From the NCBI RefSeq assembly GCF_036321535.1, contig NC_087436.1, positions 53,694,001 to 53,758,000 on the forward strand: a stretch of 64,000 bases of DNA, read 5' to 3'. Both the position numbers and the translations under genes were made by a program. This document shows positions 1-12,411 of the stretch, piece after piece. The notes under the pieces were generated by a model. That model was not told the origin of the DNA. It did not search any database and was given only the letters and a program-made list of their open reading frames with translations. The stretch comes from Camelus dromedarius. Its lineage: Eukaryota. Each line of letters opens with the position of its first letter. Position 1 is the first letter of the stretch.

Positions 1-448
1 CCTTAATATCTCATAGGGTAAATGGAGAGGCCATAAGGTGCTGTGAAATCTGATGGAAAAATGATACTCTGGAGACGCTGGGATGTGATATTTTAATAGC
101 TTCATAGGCGAATGAACGCTGAGGATGACTTTCACATATTTTCTCTTTTTCTAAGCATTTAAAAATCACTTGCTCTGTACTCCATAGGCCTAGGCTGCAG
201 TTTAATGTAAGTGAACAGGGTGTGTGCGTCAGCCATGCATGGTCTTCAAGCTAAGAATCAAAGGTTCTCAGAAGCCCCACCCTTACTTCCTGAAATTAGA
301 GGCTATGAGCTCTGTGGTTCACCTTAGAGAGAGCTCACGCATTGCTGCAGAAGTCTCATCCTGGCTTCTGGCAGCTTGTCTCCTGGCCTATGGAGAGCCA
401 CTTCCTCTTTGTGTGTGTACATGTGCGTGTATTTGCGTATGTGTGTAT

Positions 449-452
<4 letters not shown>

Positions 453-498
<46 letters not shown>
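453..498. repeat. (TG)23 microsatellite
   Basis: Perfect TG dinucleotide run read directly; explains the CV/HT-rich ORFs at 224-610. Confidence 0.97.
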
Positions 499-500
<2 letters not shown>

Positions 501-539
501 CACACGCATGCTCATGCACCGCTCACATACCCCTCCCTC

Positions 540-1590
540 TTTGCTGCGTGCCCCACCCCGACGCTGCGGAGGCTCCTCTTAGCGCAGGCACACTGAGCTC
601 TGAGGTCTGAGAAGGCAGCGGGAATGAACCCCCGGTCTCTTCCTATGCTTCAGCACACTCTAGCCTTAGGAATATCGGTCAGACTTGGAAGGAAGGTCAC
701 CTGTGTATAAGACATTCCTGCCGGGACGCTGAGCCCGGAGGTGGAGTCTAAAGTACCAAGTGAGATCACATTCAGTCCTCGTCGCTCCGGAGATTTGCTG
801 TTCAGTCGTTGGCCCCTTTCTTCCTCCTTATTCCCGTTCTCATTTTTATCCAAAAGGGACAGTCATTGATGTCTTCTTCAGGAGTGTGCAGCGGTGAGCA
901 AGGCAGCACGTCCTGACTAACTCTGTCCCTTGTTTGTTGATCTGGAGAAGAAGGGTGAATCTCAGGGCCGGAATCTAGTTCGTGGTTCAGCATCAAGACC
1001 CCGGCCCGCTCCTGAGACCCATAACCACGGGTAGTTGAGCGTTAGCAGCGTCGGCCTCGTTAGGCTTCTGGGGCTTGAACACACCTTTCAGGACAGGAGC
1101 TGAGCAGGAATTCTCAGGAGGAGGAGTTTGCCAGGAGGGGAGAGCGACTCCGCAGGGGCTACGGGAGCAGGATGCTAAACGCCGGCGGCCTGGCTGAGCA
1201 GCCTCAGCGAAGGCTATCTGAAGGCGTAGGGGACGCTCCAGGGACAGCGGTCAGGAGTGCGGCCGTTCAGTCCACAGGCTGCTTTCCTCACCCTGGGCTT
1301 CCTTATTTCCCTCCTGCAAGTTGTGGTTTCAAAATCAGCAACAACGTCCCCTCACAACATTTAGGGACTGCAAGTGCACGTGCGCACACGTGAGCGGTAT
1401 ACCTGTGATGTTCAAGTGTTAGACAGCTAACGTGGCGGGATGTGTCGTGTAACTTGTCCGCTGCATGAGAAGAATCCAGCAGAATACAGTCACGAAGCTT
1501 TTCTACTTGTCCTCCTACGGGTGCCTGCGAACACACTTGGTCAGAACTCTGCTTAAAGTGTCCTTAATGCATCTTGCGTTGCCACGTGGT
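540..1590. promoter_or_regulatory. CpG-retaining GC-rich segment, candidate weak CpG island or enhancer
   Basis: Dozens of CpGs in about 1 kb, against strong CpG depletion in the rest of the window; CACGTG E-boxes at 1377, 1387 and 1583. Confidence 0.35.
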
Positions 1591-1819
1591 TCTTTGGTCT
1601 CTTGTTACCTTTCTGGGTTCTCTTATCATTTATAATAGCTTTTCAGTGTTTCTGTTGTGTTTTCCAAATATTCATCATATTGAAAGGACATAGTGGAGGT
1701 TTAAGTTTCTCCTTTCTAACTTTTATACTTTTAATTTCATTTTCTTTCCTAAGTGTGTTTATTGCAGTACAGTGTTAAATAATAGTGATAGTAGGTATCC
1801 TTGTCTTGTGGTTTTTAAA

Positions 1820-2055
1820 AGCATAGCTGAGGCTGCAGTAAAATGCATACTCCTGTAAAATGCAGCTGTAAACATCCATTGTTCATATCTAGTAATTTTG
1901 TGTCTAAGAATTTAGTCTAGAGACATACTTAGAGATTCAGACGATTTATTGTTTATCTGGTTCTTCATAGTAATAGTATTTATAACGATGAAAAGTTAGA
2001 CGAAATCTAAATTATCAACACTGAATTTTGGTCTGTTCATATGATGAAATAAAGC
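1820..2055 (+). mobile_element. old L1 (L1M-type) 3' fragment, host of the MLT1F insertion; continues after 4658
   Basis: Degenerate L1 3' end motifs on both sides of the MaLR element. Confidence 0.5.
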
Positions 2056-4657
2056 TGTATTATTTAGCTATTCATATGTAACAAATTACCCCAAAATTCA
2101 GTGGCTTAAAACAATAAATATTTATTATCTCACGCAATTTCTGTGGATAAGGAACCCAGGGACATCTTAGCTGGATGGTTTTGCTCCAGGATGTATCATG
2201 AGGCTTCAGTCAAGATGCTGCCCAGGGTTGTGGTCATCTGAATGCTTGTCTGAGGCTGGAGGTTCTGCTTCCAATGTGGCTCACAGGCATGCTTGCTGAG
2301 TTAGTGCTAACTGTTGGCTGAAGGTCTCAATTCCTCACCCCGTGGACCTCTCCATAGGACTGGAGTGTCCTCTTGTGACATGGCAGCTGGCTTCTCCCAC
2401 AGTGAGTGATCCAAGAGAGCAAAGTGGAAACTGCAATGTCTTTTATCAAGTTGCACTCTGTTATTTTATAATATCCTATACATTGCACGAATCAGCCCTA
2501 TCCATTTTGGTGGGGGGCTAAATAGAGTCATGAATACCAGGAGACAAGAATTCCTGGGGGTCGTTGGGGAGGCTGGTTACTGTAGTCTGTACTCTGGCCC
2601 CCAGTGATTCATATCTCTCATGCATGCAAAATACAGTCACCTTTCACAAGGCCCTGAAAAGATTCATCCTGTTTCAGCATCTGTTCTAAGTCCAGAACCT
2701 CACCAGCTAAGACAGGTGCAGGCGCAGATGAAGCTCTTACGGTACAGTTTCTTCAGTATGTAGTTCCAGGCACAGTTCAAGTGTAGTTTCTTTCAATCCG
2801 AAAACCTGTGAATTACAGAAACAAGTTGTCTGCCCCTTTCCACACCCAACATGTGCTGGTGGGACAGCCTTAAAATAACTGCTGTAGATATTCCTATTCA
2901 AAATGGGGGAGAAGAGGAGGCATACAGAGGTCACCGCTTCATAGGAATTCTAAAACCCAGCCACGCAAATACTGAAGGTTCCTTAATTAGGGCTCCGGTC
3001 TACTCTTCCCTGAGAATGATTCTCTGTGGCTCGTGGCCCTACCCTCTGAGCTCTTGGTTCTGCCCTCTGATTCTTCCTTCCTGCTCCATGATTTGCAGCT
3101 AGAGAGAGTCTCAGCCTGCTTCCTGCCTATCAGAGTTTGGGAGTCTGAAAGTCTCTTTTCACTTTGTATGGTTTCTGTCCACTCAGTCCAATCTGACAGT
3201 GCTTCTGCCAATATTAATTTAAAAAAAATTTACAGGTCACCTGCAACAGGGCAGTAGGTGGATTTCATTCTGTTAGACAAAAGCCACACCACAAATCTCT
3301 TCAAGATAAGCTTTTTCCTACCTTGGGCTTTTGTTGAGACTGTTGAGGGACAATGCCAGTAAGCTTCTCAGAAGCCCTGGAGTTCTCTGAAGTACTCCCT
3401 GAGATTTTTCTTAATCATTAAAATAGGATTTTACAGTCACAACCTCAGCTTCATCTTTAGACCATGTTTTCTTGGAAAAGCGCTGGATTTGATCTTTGCC
3501 TGGAAGCCATTTTACAATTTTACCATTTTCTGTCATCTGGAAAATTTCAGAAGCAGAAAGTCTTGACTCCTTTTTATTTAACGGTTCTTCCTTTAGCTTA
3601 TCTCTCCTCTCCCATTTTGCTGTAAGAAGAAACCAAGCAGCCCTTGCAGCTCTCTGCCTGGGAATCTCCTTAGCCAGAACACTTATTTCATTAGATATAT
3701 TTTCTCCCCACCCCCATATTTTTGCATGTGATAGTGTTGCTAAATTCTTCATCATATCTAACAAGAATCTCTCATATTCTAAGTTCCCAGTAATACTTCC
3801 CAGATTTTCCTCCAAGTCTTTACCAGTAGCATCCTTGAAGGTCACCAGACTTCTGCTAAGTTTCTTCAGTGCACCATATGCTTTTACTTCTCAGTCTTTC
3901 CTGTCATGAAGGCACCCTCGCAGTTTAGATTCTTTGTTATGGTAGTGCCCCACTTCTGGCACCAAAATTATTATTATTTATCTGTGTGCAACATGTTATT
4001 CAAAAATTTAGGTATTTAAAACAGGGGAGGGTATAGCTCAAGTGGTGGAACACATTCTTAGCATGCAGCAGGTCCTGGGTTCAATCCCTAGTACCTGCAT
4101 TAAAAAGGAATAAACTTAATCTGCCCCCCCAAATAATAAAATAATACAACAAATAAATAAAATATTTAGATATTTAAAACAATAAATATTTATTAACTCA
4201 CATAATTTCTGTGGGTCAGAAACCCAGGAGCAGATTAGCTTGGTGGTTCTGTCTCTGAGTCTCTCATGAGGCTGTGGTGTGGACCAGGGCTGCAGTGACT
4301 TGAGAATTTGGCTGAGTGGGAGGATCTACTTCCTTGCTCACAAACTCAAATACCTGGCAAGTTGGTGCTGGTTATTGGTAGGAGACCTCAATTCCTTACC
4401 ATGTGGACCTCTCTCTCTCCGACCCTATCTCTCTTTAGGGATGCTGGAGTCCTCAAGTCCTCGTCTTCTCTTATAGAGAGTAATCCAAAAAAGATGAAAG
4501 CTGCAATGTCTTTTATGACATAGCCTTGGAAGTCACATTGTTATTTCTGAATATCTTATGAGTTACACCAGTCACCAGTGTGGGATGGTCCTGCACAGGG
4601 TCATGAATACCAGGAGGCCATGATCATTGGGGACCATCTTGGAGGCTGGCCAGCACA
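2056..4657 (-). mobile_element. full-length MaLR (MLT1F-like) element: LTR 2056-~2584, internal ~2585-3969, LTR ~3970-4657
   Basis: Two similar LTRs share motifs such as ttaaaacaataaatatttatta...tttctgtgg...gaatacca ggag...ggaggctgg. The minus-strand internal ORF 3411-3845 contains LAKEIPRQ...AAWFLL, resembling the MaLR Gag-derived internal ORF motif LAEEISKQ...AWLLL. Confidence 0.88.
4024..4164 (+). mobile_element. camelid tRNA-Ala-derived SINE (Vic-1 type) inserted in the MLT1F LTR
   Basis: GGGGAGGGTATAGCTCA...GGTCCTGGGTTCAATCCC head with A and B boxes, A-rich tail; TSD tttag(g/a)tatttaaaaca at 4007-4023 and 4165-4181. Confidence 0.92.
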
Positions 4658-6079
4658 ATAACGGATAAATAATGATGGTAGATATCAAATAAGGTATTTG
4701 AAAGATCTTTAATAATAGGTTAAATAAAAGAAAAGATTCAAAACTTTTAATTCAGTGTAATGTAAAAGTTATTGACTGGGTGTGCCTCTTCATGCAGAAA
4801 AGATAGACCAGAAGGAAAACAAAAATGTTAGCATTATTTATTTCTAGGCAAGTGACCTATGAATTTTAAAGTTTTCTTCATTTTTTTGTGTCTTTGAACA
4901 CAACACTATAGTGTACATAAACAATTTTATAATTAACAAACAGGGATTTTGAGGGCACAATTAGAATAATTATTTTAAATTGTTATTTTCTTTAGGATGC
5001 AAACAATATCATCGTCCCTTAGTTTAAAAATTAAAATTTCAATACTCTTTGAAAAAATTAATGATGTTTTTAAACGGCAGGAGCTGTTAACTCCCAATAT
5101 GGCAAATTGATGACTTATTAAAAGAAAAATCATGCTGCCAAATTTTATTTATATTTATCATATTTGTTAATATTTGTATTAGCACAAATGGAATATGTTT
5201 GCCTGTATTCATGACTGTGTTCAATAGGAATGATGGGAAAAAAGACTCCTTTAAAGATCATTCCTGAGAGTCATTGCTTATTAAAATATTCTTTGTGCTA
5301 TTTAATATTCAGTACTAATTAAAAAGTACAAATTTTCATATTTTCTCTTTCATTTAAATACCTACCTCCACACTTTCTCCTAAAAAGATGAAATTTAAAG
5401 ATGAAATATAAAACATTCCCATAAGATTGTTTGAAACAGAAAGGCAAAGCAAAGTTTAATCAAGCTGGATATGAACTTCCAAAAATATACCAGGCTTGAG
5501 ATTCTTTGAAGCTCTTTCTGAAAATGAATGCAGAAGTTACTTTCTTTTCTTTGGATGTGAGGACAGCCCATATTCATGAAGCAGAGCTCAGGATGCTGGA
5601 AGTCTTTCCCAATTATCTCTGTATCCACTCAGATCAGAGTCACTGTGGCTGTTTCTGTAGTTTCATTGCACAATGAGGGCTGGTGGGGCTGAAATTCCAG
5701 CTCACACGTACTTGTCCAAGCATCAGCTATGAGACGGAACGTCGTGTTCCCCCTCCTATTTCACAGAATGTCTTCGGATGGGCTGGGAGTGAGTTCTAGC
5801 ACTTCTTTGTATTATGAACCCTAGGAAAATGTAGGCATTTTGTCTTTTCTTGTGATCTTCCAGGCATTGCTGTGTAATTATCACTATGGCATTTCACTGT
5901 TGTATATTTTGCTTTCTCAGCTCCTTGTATGATCCTTGATGCCAAGGACCACGTCTCCTATTTCTGTTGTTCCTCTGGGTGGCTACTAAGATAGCAAGTG
6001 GCAAACTTTAGGTGTGATAAGAAGGCATGCAATTAAAGTGAATGTTAGACACCAGGAACTGAAGTCTCTGAAATGTTTA

Positions 6080-7470
6080 CGCCCTTGTGCTTTGTGTTAT
6101 TGTTGCCATATAGTTTATATCTCCACAAATTGTAAATGGCAAAAATAATTTTAAGAGTTATTTGTCTTTTAATGTAATTAATAAAAGGGAAAAATGAGAA
6201 CCCTTTATATATACCAACATATTTCCATTTCCGGTGCTCTTCATTACTTCCTCCAGATCCGAGTTTTCATCTGATGCCATTTCTGCTCAGCCTGAAGAAT
6301 TCCCTCTGTCTAGCATTTCTTGTAGGGGTTTGCTGGTGATGACTTCTCTTAGTTTTCACATACTTGAATGTCTATTTCACCCTCATTTTTGGAATGTATT
6401 TTCACTGTGTATATATTTAAAGATTGACTTTTCCCCCTTTTAGCCCTTTAAAGATGTCTTTTCTTTCTTTTTTTAATTTCAGTTTTTAATACTTGAAATA
6501 CCTTCCCACTTCTCTTTTTATGTACTTCATACATCATAATATATTTTTTATTGAGATAAAATTGACATATAATGTTATATTAGTTTCCGGTATACAACAT
6601 ATAAGTCAGCAGCTGGGTCCTCTTGAGATTCCTTTCTTTTGATTATGGGTCATATTTTCTTGCTTTTTTGCATGTCTAAAGTTTTTATGTGGTATGCTGA
6701 ACATTGTGGTTGTTATTTTGTAGGGAGTTTAAATTATGATTCCTTGTTGAAAGGATTTGAGTTTTGTTCTGATAGGTAGGTGAATTACTGGGAGATTCTC
6801 TAAATCCTTTCCAGCTTGATTTTAGGTTTTGTTAGGGTCGTCTATTTTTATATTGTTCTTATACCTATGGTGTGGCCCTTGCTCTAGTATATGGTCATTA
6901 TTCCTAAAGTGTGGCTTTTCTGGGATCTCATTGGAATACTCAAGATGCTATGGGTCTCTCCATTCTGGCTGAAACAGAACTCCAGTGTCTTCTAGATCTG
7001 TACAATCCCTGGTAACCTTGTTTAGCTCTTAAGCCCACTCTCTGCTAGGCCTCAAGAAGTCTCACACTGCCCACATGCAATTAAGAACCTAAGGTGAATG
7101 CCCATGCAGACTTCCATGGCCCCTCTTCTGTCCAGCTTCCTCCTGTCCGGTTCCTTGCCTGAAAAAGTCCAGCCACATTGGCAGCCCTGCACTCTCATCT
7201 CTGCCTCCTCAGGTCACAAGGCCATGTCTCTTATCTTGGTCTTCATAATCTTGCACTTTGGTTTGGAAGATACTGCTAGGCAGAAAGCAGGAGTGAACAT
7301 AGTACTCACTTTTAACATGTGCCTTTACCTCACAGATCTAAGTTCTTTGATTCTTCTTTCCCCCTGCCTGAAAAGTATTGCCTCATGTATTTTGTCCAGT
7401 TTTATGGTTGTTTCCAGTGAGAGGATAAATGCAATACCAGTTATTCTTTCATGGTTAAAGCAGAAGTCAT
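6080..7470 (-). mobile_element. old L1 (L1M-type) fragments
   Basis: Degenerate T-rich antisense L1 sequence; a short younger L1 3'-tail piece at ~6545-6600. Confidence 0.55.
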
Positions 7471-7799
7471 CCAAGCCTAGAATAAAAGCTATATGAACAT
7501 GATTGTATCATGCAGTTCATTATTAAAAACAATATATATGGTTCTCTGGAAGGAAAAAGAAATTATGTGAGAGGAATAGATAACTCCTTTAGGTGCGTGA
7601 AGCCTCTTTCTATGAATTTTGAACAAAGTGAAGGAAGAGTAACTTTCCAGTCATCTCTATCAAGGTGAACTTTAATGTTAAAAAAAAAAAAACTTCATAA
7701 AAGGAAAAAAAAAATCATGCATCCTGGTATTCTTGTATTTCCTCTGTCCTAAATAACCTCCTACAAACTGATTCTACTCTGAGAAGTAGAATGTGTGTT

Positions 7800-7980
7800 G
7801 AAGGAGCATTAGACTTAATATCAGAAATCCTGGTTCAAGTCACTGTTTTGCCACTTTCTGTCACTGTGAATTCTCTGAGTCTTAGTTTCCATTTTTAAAT
7901 GGAGAAAATAGTATCTTCCCTGTCTATGGCACAGGATATTTGTGATGCTTAAAGATATGTGAAAAATCACTTGGAACATT
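7800..7980 (+). mobile_element. MIR SINE
   Basis: MIR core: ctggttcaagtc...ctctgagtcttagtttcc...aaatggagaaaatagta. Confidence 0.65.
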
Positions 7981-8129
7981 TATATTTCATACTCCATATG
8001 CTGAATTTAAAAATTGAGTTTGTAGTGGTACAGGTTTGTTACAAGGATCAAATAAATGATTTATGAAAGAAGCATAAAAGAGTGCTTGGCATATGGAGAA
8101 TGTGTAATAAATTAATATTGTTATCTATA

Positions 8130-8572
8130 GCAGTTAGCTATTGCTATGTAACAAATAACCCCACATACTTATCATGGCTTAAAACAACAACTGTTTCTCG
8201 TAAGTCTATTTATTGGTTGTCTGGTAGCTCTTCTGATCAGGATTGGGCTCATCTGTGCTCAGTCACATGTGTGGGGCTCATCTGGCTGTCATCTAATCTA
8301 TGATGGCCTCAGCTATCATGATAGACCACAGCTGGGTCTGCTACATGAGTTTCATCCACCAGCAGACTGGTTCTTACATGATGACAGAGCACAAGAGAGG
8401 AGGTAGAAACATGGAAGGATCTTTTGAAGCCCTTACTTGCATCAACATTGCACAACCCCATTGACCAAAGCAAGTTATGTGACAGAAAGTCAGTGTGTGC
8501 AGGGCACTACCAAAGAACATGGATATAAGAAGGTGTGAAAGATTGGCTCATTAGTGCAATCAATATACAACA
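8130..8572 (-). mobile_element. MaLR solo LTR (MLT1G/H-like)
   Basis: Starts agttagctattgctatgtaacaaataacc...ggcttaaaacaac and contains ccattgaccaaagcaagtt, typical of MLT1. Confidence 0.7.
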
Positions 8573-10024
8573 TTACCCTTATCACTATATTTTCATTTAA
8601 TGTTGCAAGTAACTCACTTATAAGTTACACTAGTAACTTTCTTCTACATCTACTTTTAGGGCATGTCAGTCATCTCAGAACAAAATAATCTAGGAATGGC
8701 AGACAGCACACTGTCTACTCTAATTTTTTCTTGAAAGAATTGGGTCTTATAATAAGTGACGCATATAGTAGCAGAGCAAAGGATGAAGAAAGTGTGTTTT
8801 ACTTTCTCTCCACCACCTTCCATCTCCGCCAAATTCTCATTAGCAAGAGACAACTGCAGATAAGAGTTTAGTATTGCTGGGGTATTTTGGGGCAATATTT
8901 TCCCTCGTTGTCTGTCTATACCATTCCCTTAATCACTGTGCTATATAGCTTATTTATTTATTTTTTGTAGGTAATAAGGAGATTGAGAAAATTTCAGGGA
9001 CAAGAGCATGGTAGAAGAATTACAAAAACTGGTACTAAAATATAGGGAGTAAGTAGAGGTCGAAGGGAGATAAAAATGCTAAGGATTTGGTAGCCAATTA
9101 TAGATGGTTCATGAACTCATATGGAACATGAAAAAAAATGAAGTCCTGCATTTTCAGTATAATTTTATTTGGTTTCATTTTTCCCCATTGCCCATCTTTT
9201 GAATAGAATGTACTGGCAGAATAGGAGGGGACAATTTCTTTTCAGCTGCTACTTGTATTTCCATTTTCATGGTACCAGAGCAGAGTTCAGCACAACAGAA
9301 ACAGATGGAAGAGAAGTTTTGGAAGAGATGGGGTTTTAAAACCACCGATCAGTGAGGAAGCACCCTTGTTTCCTCATTTCCATGGAAACACGACTTTGTG
9401 GGGCTCTGTAGACATGACAGAAATCCATGACTCCTCTGCTGTTGCTGCCCTCTGTCTGTGTCCAAGGAAATGGATTTCAGATCATGCTTCCATTTGATAA
9501 AGAAGATACCCAGTCATTCTTTTCCATGCCCTTCTGCCCGCCATTCCTTTACTGATTTTGATAGTTTACTGTACCATGTTAATTATCTTTTGGTCACAGT
9601 TCTCCTTAGAGTCAGAGAACACTGGAACTGGAACTTCCACAGACATCATCTAGCCCAAGTCAAAAACAGCACATGACAAAAAAGGAAGCCTGGACAAGTG
9701 GTGCTGAGGTAAAGGTAGATGAGAGCTCTGGTTTGCAGCTCCCAGTCTAGAATGTTTCATATTAACGCTGCTTTCTCCTTGTTCACTTCTGAGTTTCTCA
9801 TATCTCAACAGCTGTTCAGGCACTGACACCACGCACCCGCCAGGCACACGTGTCCCAGCCCCTGTTTACTCCTTCAGCCACAAACGGCTCTTCTTATGTA
9901 AATTGTTAATTCCAAGGACTGCCTACCACTCAGCAGTGAGTTTGAATCCCATCTGGGCCCTAGGTCAGTCATCAGCTATGGTATCCTGTAATGGGACATA
10001 GTGTTTTATCTGGAAATCTCATTA

Positions 10025-10494
10025 CAGGCATCCTTTGTTTTATCATGCTTCACATTATTATGCTTCACATTGTGTTTTTCACAAATTGAAAGTTTATGGC
10101 AACCCTACGTCAAATAAGTCTATTGGTGCCGTTTTTCCAACAGCGTTTGCTCACTTCATATCTCTGTGTCACATTTTGATGATTCTCACAATATTTCAAA
10201 CTTTTTCATTATTATTATGGTGATCTGTGATCAGCGATCTTTGATGTTACTGCTACAACTCACTGAATGCTCAGATGATTGGCATTTTTTAGCAATAAAG
10301 TATTTTTAAATTAAGGAATATACGTTGTTTCTTTAGATATATGCTATTGTACACTTACTAGACTACAATATAGTGTAAACATAACTTCTGTATGCACCGG
10401 GAAACCAAAAAATTCGTGTGACTCACTTTTTTGTGATATTTGCTTTATTGTGGTGGTCTGGAACTGAAGCCACAGTATCTTCCAGGTATGCATA
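10025..10494 (+). mobile_element. internally deleted Tigger1 (Tigger1a-like) DNA transposon
   Basis: TIR-like ends CAGGCAT... and ...AGGTATGC, TA on both sides (10023-10024 and 10495-10496), and Tigger1 terminal sequence (caaattgaa...ggcaaccct). Confidence 0.88.
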
Positions 10495-10632
10495 TACAAG
10501 AGTATTGGGCCTTCTTTTCAACAACCTTTCTTTTCACTTTAACCAAACTTTATTGTATTTCTATTTATGTGAAAATTTCCCCAGTCACAGTTTAACAAAG
10601 GTGTTTTCTGCCTCAGTTAAAAATGTGACATA

Positions 10633-10768
10633 GGTGGGGAGGGTATAGCTCAGTGGTAGAGCACATGCTTAGCATGCATGAGGTCCTGGGTTCAATCCCC
10701 GGTACTTCCACCTAAAATAATAAATAAATAAATAAATAAATCTAATTACCACCCCCTCCAAAAAAAAG
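10633..10768 (+). mobile_element. camelid tRNA-Ala-derived SINE (Vic-1 type)
   Basis: tRNA-Ala-like head, (AAAT)n linker, ctaattacc tail; TSD tgtgacata at 10624-10632 and 10769-10777. Confidence 0.93.
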
Positions 10769-11742
10769 TGTGACATAAATTATAACTCAGTTCATACTTC
10801 TGTAGTTATTCAAAGGCTGTGATTAGTTTTAGGGTGGTTAACTTAAACTCACGTTTTAGGATGTTTCTTGGTATTCTTAGAAAAAAACCACACCAAACAT
10901 CTGGTTTGATAGTAAGACTGTAAGTAGCTTAGAGTTTCTCTAGCTTAGGGGTCTATAGGGTTGGCAGGTTTCTGACCCTATTTTGTTTAGGAAGAAACAG
11001 GTTTCGTTAATAGAATGAACTCAGGAAACTCAGGGGATAGAGTCAAAGTGAAATTTTCATTTGGACTCTTTGTTTATAAAAATATAAGCCCATATTCCAG
11101 TGTTTGGGAAGCATAGGAATCTGAACATGGTTGGGTCTAGGATGATTTGGGGTCTTGCAGAGCCTGAGCGATATCATTACTAGAACCAATGAGCTTTATG
11201 GAGTGTTTTGGATATTAATGTAGACAGGGCTGAATGGTATTGATCCCAAGATGTAGCTGGTGGGTTGTTTTGTCTTGAAATATAAATGCTTGATGTCAGA
11301 TCATTTTTAAATTTATCTTGTTCTCTGAAACCTTCAAGCCCAGCAAGCCTGTTTTGAGTAGAGCCGCCAGCCTCTGGTTCTGATGGCTCTCAGGGAGCCA
11401 CCACAAGCAGGAGCCCTGGGTGGGTTCTGTGCTTATCTCTCCATCTTAATTAAAGGCCATACCGAAAGGGTTGTGGGAAGCAGGACTGTCCTATAGATGT
11501 GAAAGAACAGAATCTACTTAGACCAACTTCTACACCAACAGTCCAACAGAATTTATTCCTTTTAATTTTCAAGGTTTCTAGAAAGTATGAAACTCAGGAC
11601 TACCCCTTCATCAAGCTCAGATTCGATGCACTATGACAATCTGCTGTGATCAGTGGAAAGCTGGTGAGCAGACATGCAACCTGCAGATGCCATTTAATGA
11701 TTAAGACATCTGAAAGAACCAGACTCTTTGAAAATAGCTTTT

Positions 11743-11816
11743 TTTTAAAAGAAGTATTGATATTTAAAAAACTTTATTTTTTTGATTTATGTTTTTTTGG
11801 GGGGTAATTAGGTTTT
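11743..11816 (-). mobile_element. 5'-truncated camelid SINE tail
   Basis: tttttggggggtaattaggttt is the reverse complement of the tail seen in the complete SINE copies. Confidence 0.6.
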
Positions 11817-11826
11817 ACTAGCTTTT

Positions 11827-12411
11827 TCTTTTTTACATTGAAGTAGGATTGATTTACAATGTTGTGTTAGTTTCAGGTGTACGGCATAGTGATTCAGTTA
11901 TACACAAACATACATATTCTTTTTTGTTATAGGTTATTACAATGTATTGAATATAGTTCCCTGTGCTATACAGTAGGACTTTGTTACTTATCTGTTTTAT
12001 ATATAACAGCATGTAATATGTTAATCTCAAACTCCTAATTTATCCCTCCCCTACCCCTTCCCCCTTTGGTAATCAGAAGTTTGTTTTCTGAGTTTGTGAG
12101 TCTATTTCTGGCTTGTGAATAAGTTCATTTATATCATTTTTCAGATTCTACATATAAGTGATGTCATATGATATTTGTCTTTCTCTGTTTGACTTACTTC
12201 ACGTAGTATGATAATCTCTAAGTTCATTCATGTTGCTGCAAATGGAGTTATTTCATTCTTTTTATGGCTTAGTAGTATTCCATAATATATATCTTCTTTA
12301 AACATGCATTTGTTGATGGACATTTAGGTTGCTTCCATGTATTGGCTATTGTAAATAGTGCTTCTAGGAGCATTGGAGTACATGTATCTTTTCAAATTAG
12401 AGTTTTCTGTA
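11827..12411 (-). mobile_element. 5'-truncated cetartiodactyl-type L1 3' end
   Basis: Poly-T start and ttgaagta...atttacaatgttgtgttagtttcaggtgta 3'UTR terminus; TSD actagctttt at 11817-11826 and 12412-12421. Confidence 0.9.

Noticed and set aside
224..610. 128-aa Cys/Val-rich ORF and overlapping ORFs
   Set aside because: Translation of a (TG)n microsatellite.
3496..3909. 137-aa + strand hydrophobic ORF
   Set aside because: Antisense shadow of the MaLR internal ORF.
10636..10710. tRNA-Ala(AGC)-like gene (also near 4024, 47805, 49285, 56380, 58600)
   Set aside because: Each copy has an A-rich tail and a TSD, and the 10636 copy has an acceptor-stem mismatch. These are tRNA-derived SINEs, not tRNA genes.
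11574..11663. Possible + strand exon (tttcaag|GTTTCTAG...AAGCTG|gtgagc)
   Set aside because: Stops in all three frames and no supporting neighbouring exons.
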